From the sequence record OR525701.1: a DNA stretch of 64,000 bases, one strand, 5' to 3'. This stretch comes from Escherichia phage vB-Eco-KMB38. Position numbers and translations under genes: made by a program. This document shows positions 34,231 through 42,933 of this stretch, one piece after another (position 1 is the stretch's first letter; every line of letters starts with the position of its first letter). The notes below the pieces were generated by a model. The model searched no databases and had not been told where the DNA came from. It worked only from the letters and a program-made list of their open reading frames with translations.

Positions 34231-34694
34231 AAAGAGTCTCTTAATAGGTTTAACACATCAATAAATTCAGCTTCGGTTAATATTGTATCATCTTTTGTTA
34301 GGTGGCTGGCCATGCTGTGCTTCAAAATTTTTCCTTTCGAAGCCTGTAATGCATCACGAAACCCCTTGTTTTGGATCGCTGCTTCAAAATATGCATTTGT
34401 GTATAATTCTTTCCACGCTTCAGAGTATCTTGAAAATGGAACTCCTAACCAGAAGAGAGTCCCATGGTCCTGAGCTCTTGCATAAGACCTTCCTGCTTGC
34501 TGTGCAGCCAATCCAGACAACCCAAATATACGTCTTTGTTGTTCAACATTTTTCACCTTACATCCTTGGAGAAATCCTTCAAGACCTCCGAATTGAATAC
34601 CATCCATAACAAAAGGCCATTGAGCAAAGTTACTTAATGCACATGACGGCCATCTAAAATTGCTTCTAATCTCTAACTCAGACATCTTTAACAC
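34227..34694 (-). CDS. NADAR-family protein (YbiA/DUF1768-like; 30.3-like)
   Basis: 155 aa; motifs LSNFAQWPF...DG and EGFLQGCK parallel E. coli YbiA FSNFAAWPI and EHYFQAQK. Confidence 0.7.
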   Translation of the reverse strand: MLKMSELEIRSNFRWPSCALSNFAQWPFVMDGIQFGGLEGFLQGCKVKNVEQQRRIFGLSGLAAQQAGRSYARAQDHGTLFWLGVPFSRYSEAWKELYTNAYFEAAIQNKGFRDALQASKGKILKHSMASHLTKDDTILTEAEFIDVLNLLRDSL

Positions 34695-34890
34695 TTATAA
34701 TTTCAACATCAGCCCAATGTCCATAAGCCGGTAGACGGTCTTCAATAGATAAACCACCGTCATTTTTAAGCATTTTAATTGTCTTGATATATGGTTCATC
34801 TTGTGGATGAATAGGCGAGCAGTCAGTCACACGATAAGTAACTTCGACCATTTCTGTACCTAACAATTTCTGAATTAATTTCTTTAACAT
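34678..34890 (-). CDS. hypothetical protein
   Basis: 70-aa ORF with GAGGA RBS. Confidence 0.55.
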   Translation of the reverse strand: MLKKLIQKLLGTEMVEVTYRVTDCSPIHPQDEPYIKTIKMLKNDGGLSIEDRLPAYGHWADVEIISVKDV

Positions 34891-34891
34891 A

Positions 34892-35086
34892 TTATCCTCG
34901 CTTTAAAGATTTGATTACAGACAGTTCACCACCCATGCGAACGTCTTCAGTTCCATCGACCCATAGGACGGTGTAGGCTTCTTTAATAGTAGAATTACCT
35001 AATTTAAAAGCAGGTAAAACCTTTGAAATCATACCAGGAATACCTATACCTTTTAACTGAACGGTTTGTGATAAGAATAGTTGCAT
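34892..35086 (-). CDS. hypothetical protein
   Basis: 64-aa ORF with GAGG RBS. Confidence 0.5.
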   Translation of the reverse strand: MQLFLSQTVQLKGIGIPGMISKVLPAFKLGNSTIKEAYTVLWVDGTEDVRMGGELSVIKSLKRG

Positions 35087-35373
35087 TAGAACCTCATCTG
35101 AAAGCCGTGCGATTTAACATTACCGCCATAAATGTCAGAGGTATTGACTTCACGTGCGGCGCTAGGGTCGATGTTAATATCATGGCTGAGCTTAGTGATT
35201 GCTAAGGTATCACGACCGTTAACAGTACGGAATTCTACCGGGCACACGACATCAGCATAAGCCTTAATGGATTCACGAGTAGGTTGTTTGTCGACAGGAA
35301 CGTCTTTACCCGCTTTAGAGAAAACAACTTCACAGAAATTTTTACGAGTATCAAAATAAGTGGTCATAAACAT
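35086..35373 (-). CDS. hypothetical protein
   Basis: 96 aa from ATG (MFMTTYF...) behind GAGGAAAA; track ORF is extended through the upstream hairpin. Confidence 0.55.
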   Translation of the reverse strand: MFMTTYFDTRKNFCEVVFSKAGKDVPVDKQPTRESIKAYADVVCPVEFRTVNGRDTLAITKLSHDINIDPSAAREVNTSDIYGGNVKSHGFQMRF

Positions 35374-35414
35374 AATATTTTCCTCAAAGGAGGCCGAAGC
35401 CTCCATTTTTAAGA

Positions 35415-35780
35415 TTAGATATCAAATTCGTTAAGAACTACATCAAAGATTGCTTCGAGATGTTCAGGTTTAGCTCGGTTACTCAGGATATGACGAATCC
35501 AAGTTTTAACCAGAAGTTTACGATTAACACCATTCCAGCAAGGATGAGTACCTAAATCACGCTGACGGAAATCATCATCTAATGCAATTTTAAAATTTGA
35601 ACCTTCCATCGTGATTGAAACCGTGATACCATTTTCAAATCGCATATAAACGTAATTAGGAGTCATGCACTGTTCGATTTCACAAACTGTACCGTTTTCG
35701 TGTTTCCATAAGCAAATAACTTCAGAAGAACCAGCAATACCGTTAGAAACATATTTGCGTTCGAAGTTGATGTAGTTCAT
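35415..35780 (-). CDS. hypothetical protein
   Basis: 121 aa; GGAGA RBS; own early promoter. Confidence 0.6.
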   Translation of the reverse strand: MNYINFERKYVSNGIAGSSEVICLWKHENGTVCEIEQCMTPNYVYMRFENGITVSITMEGSNFKIALDDDFRQRDLGTHPCWNGVNRKLLVKTWIRHILSNRAKPEHLEAIFDVVLNEFDI

Positions 35781-35821
35781 TTTATTCTCCAGATGTTTAA
35801 GTTGTTTATTGGTACAGGTCT

Positions 35822-35850
35822 ATAATAACATAACCTGTACCAAAGTAAAC
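35822..35850 (-). promoter_or_regulatory. early promoter with inverted repeat around -10
   Basis: Minus strand GTTTACtttggtacaggttatgtTATTATagacctgtacca; ggtacaggt/acctgtacc palindrome flanks the -10. Confidence 0.6.
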
Positions 35851-35854
35851 TGTT

Positions 35855-36223
35855 TTATGCAACTTTAATCCAATTGTCTAAATTTAAAACACCTTTGGCT
35901 TTCATTTTTTCGATCAGGTTATCTGCTGTAATGCGTCCATTTTGATACCATGTAACATCTTCAGAGTAACCAGTTTCTTCGTCAACATATGTTTCTGAAC
36001 GAATTTTACCGGTAATAATAGTTTTTAATTCGTATGTGTCACCTGTGAAAAAGTTTGCTAACACAATTTTCCAAGAGAAATCATCAGAAGGACCTTCAGG
36101 GGTCATACAACTTACGATCTCAAATTGCTCTTTGTATAACATCCACTGGAATTCTTTAATTTCGATAGCTTTATAACCGTCGTGGTCTTTACATTTGATG
36201 TATGAGTTCAGATTGATTTTCAT
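35855..36223 (-). CDS. hypothetical protein
   Basis: 122 aa; GGAGAACAAA-ATG; own early promoter. Confidence 0.6.
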   Translation of the reverse strand: MKINLNSYIKCKDHDGYKAIEIKEFQWMLYKEQFEIVSCMTPEGPSDDFSWKIVLANFFTGDTYELKTIITGKIRSETYVDEETGYSEDVTWYQNGRITADNLIEKMKAKGVLNLDNWIKVA

Positions 36224-36265
36224 TTTGTTCTCCAGGTTGTTTTATTGATTAGGTGGTACAAGTCT

Positions 36266-36294
36266 ATAGTAACACATCCTACAGGAGAGTAAAC
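36266..36294 (-). promoter_or_regulatory. early promoter
   Basis: Minus strand GTTTACtctcctgtaggatgtgtTACTAT, upstream of the ORF starting at 36223. Confidence 0.65.
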
Positions 36295-36320
36295 ATCTTT
36301 TTAAACTTTTTCTGCCCTAA

Positions 36321-36348
36321 ACGCACAAAAGGGAGACCGAAGTCTCCC
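36321..36348 (-). terminator. terminator after the 59-aa basic ORF
   Basis: Minus strand gggagacTTCGgtctccc followed by TTTTGTGCGTTT. Confidence 0.7.
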
Positions 36349-36353
36349 TAAAA

Positions 36354-36533
36354 TTATGCAACAACCTTTCCAAAACGAGAAGCATCATCTCGAAGAACTG
36401 CACGTGCTCTGCGCATGATCTTCTCAACGGTTTGATTAATACGAGAGTTCGACCCACGCTTGTATCCAGCGCGTTTAGAGGTACCATCAACTTTCTTTTC
36501 AACTGCTTTCTTTGCTTTAGCTTGTTTTGCCAT
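36354..36533 (-). CDS. hypothetical small basic protein (59 aa)
   Basis: Translation MAKQAKAKKAVEKKVDGTSKRAGYKRGSNSRIN...; AAAGAG RBS; UUCG terminator directly downstream; preferred over the overlapping TTG-start track ORF 36317-36502. Confidence 0.55.
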   Translation of the reverse strand: MAKQAKAKKAVEKKVDGTSKRAGYKRGSNSRINQTVEKIMRRARAVLRDDASRFGKVVA

Positions 36534-36844
36534 TATAAATTCTCTTTAAATGAAAATGCAGGACTTATTGACATTGCCTGCGCAAGCCCTCAAGGGGAAC
36601 ATAGGTTTTGAATATTTACCGACAGGATAACCATAAACCCGTCATCATACTTATAACTCTTATCTGTTGCACACCGTTAGCTTAAAGGTTCCGGGTTCGA
36701 TTTCTCGAGGATAAGATATATACTGATGGATATATAGGCCTTGAGGCGTACTCCCGATCGGCCATCACCTCGGGGTAGCATGCACTTGCCGCTATAAGAA
36801 TAACATTCAAGAGGTACACCGTAAAAATTGCCGGGGCGATACTT

Positions 36845-36871
36845 CAAAAACATATCGATTCGTAAATCGAT
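36845..36871 (-). terminator. terminator after rIII
   Basis: Minus strand atcgatttacgaatcgat hairpin followed by atgTTTTT. Confidence 0.6.
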
Positions 36872-36900
36872 AATCAGACAATTTCGACGGCTCCTCGATT

Positions 36901-37149
36901 TTACTTCAGGGTAATAACAAAATGACGAACTGCTTTACGTGCGGCAGAAGCCAGAGGCTTAGCATATTTCAATTCATCTTTAGCTTCCAGTTCAGCAGCC
37001 AGAGTAGCCTGAGCAGGATTCAGATGTTTGAAATATCGCAGGATTTCCAGTGCTTCGGCTTCAACATCAATTGACGCACCGTAGTTTTCGTGACCGTTAT
37101 TCCATGCGTTGCGTTGCAGTTCAAGAGCGTGTTGTAATTGTTTAATCAT
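36901..37149 (-). CDS. rIII: rIII lysis-inhibition accessory protein
   Basis: 82 aa, same length as T4 rIII; position adjacent to gene 31. Confidence 0.8.
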   Translation of the reverse strand: MIKQLQHALELQRNAWNNGHENYGASIDVEAEALEILRYFKHLNPAQATLAAELEAKDELKYAKPLASAARKAVRHFVITLK

Positions 37150-37273
37150 TTTAAATTCTCAATTCGAGATAATATTTAGTAGCCACGTTCGTCTGAATTT
37201 CACCTTCTTTCGACAGGTCTCTCAGTTGTAGGCTACCGCTTAGAAGAGTGTTCTCTTCATATAGTTATTTATA

Positions 37274-37606
37274 TCACTTATAAAGACACGGAATAGCTTT
37301 ATAGTGGCATGTTACGAATTTCTGTTTAATTTCTTTAGGTTGCTTAAGACCTAAAGCCACAAATGGATGTGGAACATTTCGAATTTGTCCAACTGGTAGT
37401 GGAGTCAAATCACCGACTTCAACAAAACCTTCAGGAACATCAGGACCTACAGAATGAACTACACATAGTTCAGGAACTTCACCTTGAACACGTTTGCCAA
37501 TCACGAGTCCTGATTCGGTAACTTCTTCATCACCAGCTTGAGCGGGTTCAGAAACCAGAATGACATATTCACCAACAGCACGAATTGGGAGTTGTACTTC
37601 AGACAT
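37274..37606 (-). CDS. 31: co-chaperonin gp31 (GroES-like)
   Basis: 110 aa; MotA-box middle promoter upstream; size and synteny. Confidence 0.88.
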   Translation of the reverse strand: MSEVQLPIRAVGEYVILVSEPAQAGDEEVTESGLVIGKRVQGEVPELCVVHSVGPDVPEGFVEVGDLTPLPVGQIRNVPHPFVALGLKQPKEIKQKFVTCHYKAIPCLYK

Positions 37607-37627
37607 CTTATTTCCTTGTTGTTTGAC

Positions 37628-37660
37628 GATAGATTAATAATACCATACTATTCGTAAAGC
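37628..37660 (-). promoter_or_regulatory. middle (MotA-box) promoter for gene 31
   Basis: Minus strand aTGCTTTAcgaatagtatggTATTAT upstream of the gene 31 ATG at 37606. Confidence 0.55.
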
Positions 37661-37663
37661 ATA

Positions 37664-37960
37664 TTACATAAGAAGCAAACGTTCTACCGGAGTACCATCA
37701 ACCGAAATTACCTTATCAAGGCGGAAAGAACGCCACTGACCTAACTCGGTATCGAATGCTCGAACTGATTCACGAGGTTCATAACGAACTTCTGTTGCCG
37801 GATTGTTATTTTCATATTTGACTTCAAGTTCATCGCGGGAGGCAAACATCGTACGAACATCACCGTTAGCCTTTTCAAATACAACACAATGAACGCCTAC
37901 AGACAGAATAGTTTTAATACGTTCACGAAGAACCATAGTTTCTTGTTCAGTTAAAATCAT
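37664..37960 (-). CDS. hypothetical protein (31.1-like)
   Basis: 98 aa from ATG overlapping the cd stop (TAATATG); the track ORF starts at an upstream GTG. Confidence 0.6.
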   Translation of the reverse strand: MILTEQETMVLRERIKTILSVGVHCVVFEKANGDVRTMFASRDELEVKYENNNPATEVRYEPRESVRAFDTELGQWRSFRLDKVISVDGTPVERLLLM

Positions 37961-37961
37961 A

Positions 37962-38543
37962 TTATTCACCACAAAAGTTTCGGATTTGTTCCCAATTCAG
38001 AGAACGAAGATTATTACGAGAGTACTGAATTACTTCAATACCAGCTTGTTTTAGAATGTCGGCCCAATTTTCAGGAGATCTGTCATATAATTCTGCGTAT
38101 ACAACCTTTTTAATACCTGACTGCGTGATAGCTTTAGTGCAATCAGGGCATGGAGAAAGCGTAGTATATAACGTAGCACCTTCAATAGAATTACCTTTAC
38201 GAGCTGCAAACAAAATTGCATTCAGTTCCGCATGGATTTCGTTATTAGCAGACCATGCACTATGAGCGGCCCGATGTTCTTTAGCCAAAACAAAATTATC
38301 TGCCCGTCCAAATGCTGTAGTGCCTTCTTTATGTCCAGCAACGATGACTGGGATTGGTTTATTCTTCAACCAACCATTTTCAGATGCATGTTCACAACAG
38401 TTAACACCGCCTGAAGGAGAGCCATTATATCCAGTAGAGATAATGCGTCCATCTTTTTCAATGACGGCACCAACTTTCCATGAACAACATTTTGATTCTT
38501 GAGAAATCAAATAAGCAATTTGAAGATATGTGCTAGCTTTCAT
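37962..38543 (-). CDS. cd: dCMP deaminase
   Basis: 193 aa; zinc-binding motifs CCEHA and PCPDC; same length as T4 Cd. Confidence 0.92.
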   Translation of the reverse strand: MKASTYLQIAYLISQESKCCSWKVGAVIEKDGRIISTGYNGSPSGGVNCCEHASENGWLKNKPIPVIVAGHKEGTTAFGRADNFVLAKEHRAAHSAWSANNEIHAELNAILFAARKGNSIEGATLYTTLSPCPDCTKAITQSGIKKVVYAELYDRSPENWADILKQAGIEVIQYSRNNLRSLNWEQIRNFCGE

Positions 38544-39535
38544 TATTGAACCTTATTAATATAAGTTAACAGCTCTTTAGTTTGTTCCCAACTGATGCAC
38601 GCATCGGTAATGGAAACGCCATATGACATATTATCAGAAATTTTTTGATTTCCTTCATGTAGGAATGATTCTATCATAATTCCTTTGACCAAATCATTAG
38701 CTGCTAAATTTTTACCAATACCAATTTGATTACTATAATGCCCATCAGCGTTTGCATGGCTACAGTCAACCATTACATAATGATTCAGACCTACTGCCCT
38801 TGCTTTGTTAGAAGCTTCTTGAATATCAGAAGAATGATAGTTCGGGCCGTTGGTCCCGCCACGCAATACGATATGCGTATTCTGATTACCTTCAGCTTCA
38901 ACAATGCCTACAGTACCATCGACGTCCATACCCATATACCGATGAGGCCAGGAGGCACTATACATCGCGTCTGTAGCTACTTTAATAGAACCATTGGTTG
39001 CGTTCTTGAAGCCTACGCACATCGGTAGACCTGAAGCAATTTCACGATGTGTCTGACTTTCAGTCGTACGGGCGCCAATAGCAACCCATGAGAAAATACC
39101 AGAAAGATACTTAATCGTGAATGGGTCCAATACTTCAGTTGCTAATGGAAGTCCCATACGTAGAAGTTTACGACACAATGTTCGTGCAACTATAAGACCG
39201 TGGTTCATATCAAAACTTCCGTCAAGATATGGATCATTTACAAGACCTTTCCAACCTACGGTAGTTCGAGGCTTTTCAAAATAAACGCGCATCACTAACA
39301 GAACATTAGGAAGACGAGTTTGAAGTTCAGCCAGACGTTTGCCGTATTCAACAGCAGCAATAGGGTCATGAATTGAACAAGGACCTACAACAATAAGTTT
39401 GCGTGGGTCTTCACCGTTCATAATCGAATTAACTTGTTCGCGATGAGAAGCCACTTGTGATGCGTAAGCTTCCGACAAAGGAATAATCTCAGCCAGTTCT
39501 TTTGGAGAAATAAGTTTTCCGACGATAGGTAACAT
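38543..39535 (-). CDS. 3-deoxy-D-arabino-heptulosonate-7-phosphate (DAHP) synthase, AroG/AroF class I-like
   Basis: 330 aa; aligns along its length with E. coli AroG as recalled: GPCSIHD, KPRTTVGWKGL, GARTTESQ, DCSHAN, ESFLHEGNQ, SITDACISWE; TAAGGA RBS; stop overlaps the cd start. Confidence 0.85.
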   Translation of the reverse strand: MLPIVGKLISPKELAEIIPLSEAYASQVASHREQVNSIMNGEDPRKLIVVGPCSIHDPIAAVEYGKRLAELQTRLPNVLLVMRVYFEKPRTTVGWKGLVNDPYLDGSFDMNHGLIVARTLCRKLLRMGLPLATEVLDPFTIKYLSGIFSWVAIGARTTESQTHREIASGLPMCVGFKNATNGSIKVATDAMYSASWPHRYMGMDVDGTVGIVEAEGNQNTHIVLRGGTNGPNYHSSDIQEASNKARAVGLNHYVMVDCSHANADGHYSNQIGIGKNLAANDLVKGIMIESFLHEGNQKISDNMSYGVSITDACISWEQTKELLTYINKVQ

Positions 39536-39655
39536 AACAATCCTTAGGAGATATAAACAGATTCTGATTCAACAATACCTTTAACCGGATTAGACAGGCT
39601 AAGTTGGTAGTGCTCAGATTTATGACCATTCTCGATAGTAATGAGATAGCTCTCA

Positions 39656-39892
39656 TTATAGTGTTCCATATACTCGAGTTGCTTCAACAAGACCATCACT
39701 GCCTAATTTAAGATTAGTAATTTGGTCACCATCTTTAGGATTAACGATTATGAGAAAAGAACGTGGAGATTCTTGAATAACTCGTAATGTTGCATCCTGG
39801 AAACGTTCAGACACTTTATTGATGAGTGCTTGAGCAAATTCTTTTACTTTAATCTGAAATTCGTGTACTGTAATTGGGGTTTCACTTAGCAT
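39656..39892 (-). CDS. hypothetical protein
   Basis: 78 aa; GAGGAAA RBS; early promoter upstream. Confidence 0.6.
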   Translation of the reverse strand: MLSETPITVHEFQIKVKEFAQALINKVSERFQDATLRVIQESPRSFLIIVNPKDGDQITNLKLGSDGLVEATRVYGTL

Positions 39893-39921
39893 TTCGATTT
39901 CCTCATTGTGTTGGTAGAGTT

Positions 39922-39951
39922 ATAGTATCACAACTCCACCATGTTGTAAAC
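39922..39951 (-). promoter_or_regulatory. early promoter driving the cd-proximal operon including the DAHP synthase gene
   Basis: Minus strand GTTTACaacatggtggagttgtgaTACTAT followed by caacacaatgaggaaa and ATG at 39892. Confidence 0.65.
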
Positions 39952-40227
39952 TTAAATTGCAAAACATTTAATTTCTTGTGAATCGAAATCAACTTCGCAC
40001 TGAATTACTAGTTCAGCATCAAGTCCAAACACAACAATCACGTGAGCCGAGCTGGGCAACAGTGTAACAGACACAGAATCCACTTGGTCAGGCACCAGCG
40101 TATTCAAAACGTAGAGTAGTTCAGAGTGGATCTTAAGCTCGGTAGCCGTGTCCAGCTTATCAAAGAAATGATTTGCGATAATCTGACTAAAAACGACCTT
40201 TACAATTTCAGAATATTTAGGGAACAT
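39952..40227 (-). CDS. hypothetical protein
   Basis: 91 aa; GAGGT RBS. Confidence 0.55.
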   Translation of the reverse strand: MFPKYSEIVKVVFSQIIANHFFDKLDTATELKIHSELLYVLNTLVPDQVDSVSVTLLPSSAHVIVVFGLDAELVIQCEVDFDSQEIKCFAI

Positions 40228-40234
40228 AATTACC

Positions 40235-40459
40235 TCAGTGTACAGTATTTACTTTAACTCGAACAACAAATTGCTCGGTCGGTTCGCCTACAGGAACAAA
40301 CTCTACATGATATTCGCCTTTGTAACGAGTATTCAGGTCGTTACGAATTTCGGTAAGCTTGTTGATTAATGTAGAACTCATATTAAGTCCCACTAGTTTA
40401 CGAAGCATTTTGTATGCTTCATCTTCGATTTCACGATGTTTATCGTACATAGTTTTCAT
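40235..40459 (-). CDS. hypothetical protein
   Basis: 74-aa ORF; weak RBS; start uncertain (alternative ATG at 40450). Confidence 0.5.
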   Translation of the reverse strand: MKTMYDKHREIEDEAYKMLRKLVGLNMSSTLINKLTEIRNDLNTRYKGEYHVEFVPVGEPTEQFVVRVKVNTVH

Positions 40460-40630
40460 TTAACCATTCAATTGCCTGGTCGACGTTATCAAATATACCA
40501 CCGTCCAAACGTTCTTCATGCTCATAGTCCAGCACATCAATACCGAACTGTCCATTTACTAAAGGCCAGGCTACAAACAAATATTCTTTATGCTGTTCGA
40601 TGGCCTCAATCACTTCATATAATCGTTTCA

Positions 40631-40631
<1 letters not shown>
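40440..40631 (-). CDS. hypothetical protein
   Basis: 63 aa; GGTGA RBS; overlaps the pseT stop. Confidence 0.5.
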
Positions 40632-41717
<1,086 letters not shown>

Positions 41718-41718
<1 letters not shown>

Positions 41719-42017
41719 TATTTTATTCCTAAGAAAGTTTCAAGAATACGAATGTTATGCTCGCGGCGGTCTTTATTAATTTCAGCAACGTTTTTATTAA
41801 TTGACGTACTTCTAACGTTTGAAGAAATAAATTTAATCATATGACTTTTGAGTTGTTGCAAATCCAACCCCTTTTCTTTAGCAGCTTTACGAAGAGCTTT
41901 ACCTGCTTCATCTAGGGCCTTTGCTGCATCTTTATCATAGTTGCCAAGTGACATTCCACGGCAGATATCAATATACTCATCAGACCGTTTGATGTAATTC
42001 TCTAGTAATGTTTTCAT
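41718..42017 (-). CDS. hypothetical protein
   Basis: 99 aa; GAGGAAA RBS; own early promoter at 42046-42075. Confidence 0.6.
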
Positions 42018-42045
42018 TTAGATTTCCTCAATTATCCATAGGAGC

Positions 42046-42075
42046 ATTATACTCTGCTCCTGAGAGTTTGTAAAC
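42046..42075 (-). promoter_or_regulatory. early promoter with -10 inside an inverted repeat
   Basis: Minus strand GTTTACaaactctcaggagcagagTATAATgctcc; ggagca/tgctcc flank the -10. Confidence 0.6.
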
Positions 42076-42299
42076 TATTTTACTAAAGATTCAATATACT
42101 CATGAAGAGCTTTAGTCGCTACTGCCCACTTATTCTGATATTCATTTTTCAGATTAGCACGAGACTGAACTAACAAGCGGTCATTAGTCGGAGACAAAGA
42201 TTCTAATCGTTGAATCTGGCGCCCATAAATCATAGCTGCCATTTCAGATTCATAGATAAGCCCTTTAATGTATTCATGTTGTTCTTTAGTCATTGGCAT
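42075..42299 (-). CDS. hypothetical protein
   Basis: 74 aa; AGAGGA RBS. Confidence 0.55.
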   Translation of the reverse strand: MPMTKEQHEYIKGLIYESEMAAMIYGRQIQRLESLSPTNDRLLVQSRANLKNEYQNKWAVATKALHEYIESLVK

Positions 42300-42580
42300 T
42301 TTTCCTCTTTTAAACCACTACGATAATAACATATCATAGTCTTCTGGTCATGTACATATCTTTTTACGTCGTTTAACCAGATACGAAATTCTTGAGAGTC
42401 TTCAAATGGCATTCCAACCCATGGATTACCATCAATAACCTTTACTTGCCATTTCTGGTTATATTCAACAATAGATTCAGGCCATGACGGATGTAAAGTT
42501 TCTTTAGGGCTTAAGGGCACATCCTGGGCACATCCAGCCAAAATGCCAATAGATAATACAACTGCGGTTAATTTAATCAT
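42290..42580 (-). CDS. outer-membrane spanin lipoprotein (o-spanin, pseT.2-like)
   Basis: 96 aa; N-terminal signal with lipobox LAGC (MIKLTAVVLSIGILAGCAQD); directly downstream of the i-spanin with a 4-nt overlap. Confidence 0.75.
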   Translation of the reverse strand: MIKLTAVVLSIGILAGCAQDVPLSPKETLHPSWPESIVEYNQKWQVKVIDGNPWVGMPFEDSQEFRIWLNDVKRYVHDQKTMICYYRSGLKEEKCQ

Positions 42581-42933
42581 TCTGAGAGCTTCCTGAGGTC
42601 TTCTGCAAAGGAATCGAAGGACCTGTTGATTTGTTTTTCGACCAATCCCGGTTTACTTGCCACCACATTCTTCTTCTTCGAATCCTTACGGAGCTTTTCA
42701 TTTTCGGCCTTAAGTTGGTCAACTAAAACACGGTTCTTATAGGTCATTTCTTCGATTGACTGATATTGAGCTTTGAAGTCGTCTAATACTTTAGCATTGT
42801 TTTTAGCGGTCTTTTTAACAGAAGCTAATTCAGTATTCAACGAATCAACTTTGTTGTTTAAGACAACTATTGTTACCGTAGAAACTAGAGCAAAAGCTGC
42901 TACTATAGCATAAATCGGATTTACTTTAAGCAT
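42577..42933 (-). CDS. inner-membrane spanin (i-spanin, pseT.3-like)
   Basis: 118 aa; N-terminal TM helix (IYAIVAAFALVSTVTIVVL) followed by a charged coiled-coil-like region. Confidence 0.75.
   Translation of the reverse strand: MLKVNPIYAIVAAFALVSTVTIVVLNNKVDSLNTELASVKKTAKNNAKVLDDFKAQYQSIEEMTYKNRVLVDQLKAENEKLRKDSKKKNVVASKPGLVEKQINRSFDSFAEDLRKLSE

Noticed and set aside
36317-36502. Track ORF of 61 aa on the minus strand
   Set aside because: Starts at TTG without an RBS and overlaps, in another frame, a better-supported ATG ORF (36354-36533) that has an RBS and a terminator
36689-36706. tRNA-like T-arm sequence GGTTCCGGGTTCGATTTC in the rIII-adjacent gap
   Set aside because: The stem flanking the TTCGATT loop does not pair (CCGGG versus TCTCG) and no acceptor or anticodon arm can be built on either strand, so it is not a tRNA gene
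36600-36860. 58-aa ATG-initiated ORF on the minus strand inside the 370-nt gap (MFLKYRPGNFYG...)
   Set aside because: No RBS within 15 nt of the ATG, it starts inside the rIII terminator hairpin, and its composition is atypical for phage proteins; more likely non-coding
39536-39655. Possible 41-aa ORF (MEHYNESYLITIENG...) in the 120-nt spacer upstream of the DAHP synthase gene
   Set aside because: Only a weak GAG upstream of the ATG and it overlaps the end of the preceding ORF out of frame; treated as untranslated leader containing a short palindromic hairpin (atgagatagctctcat)
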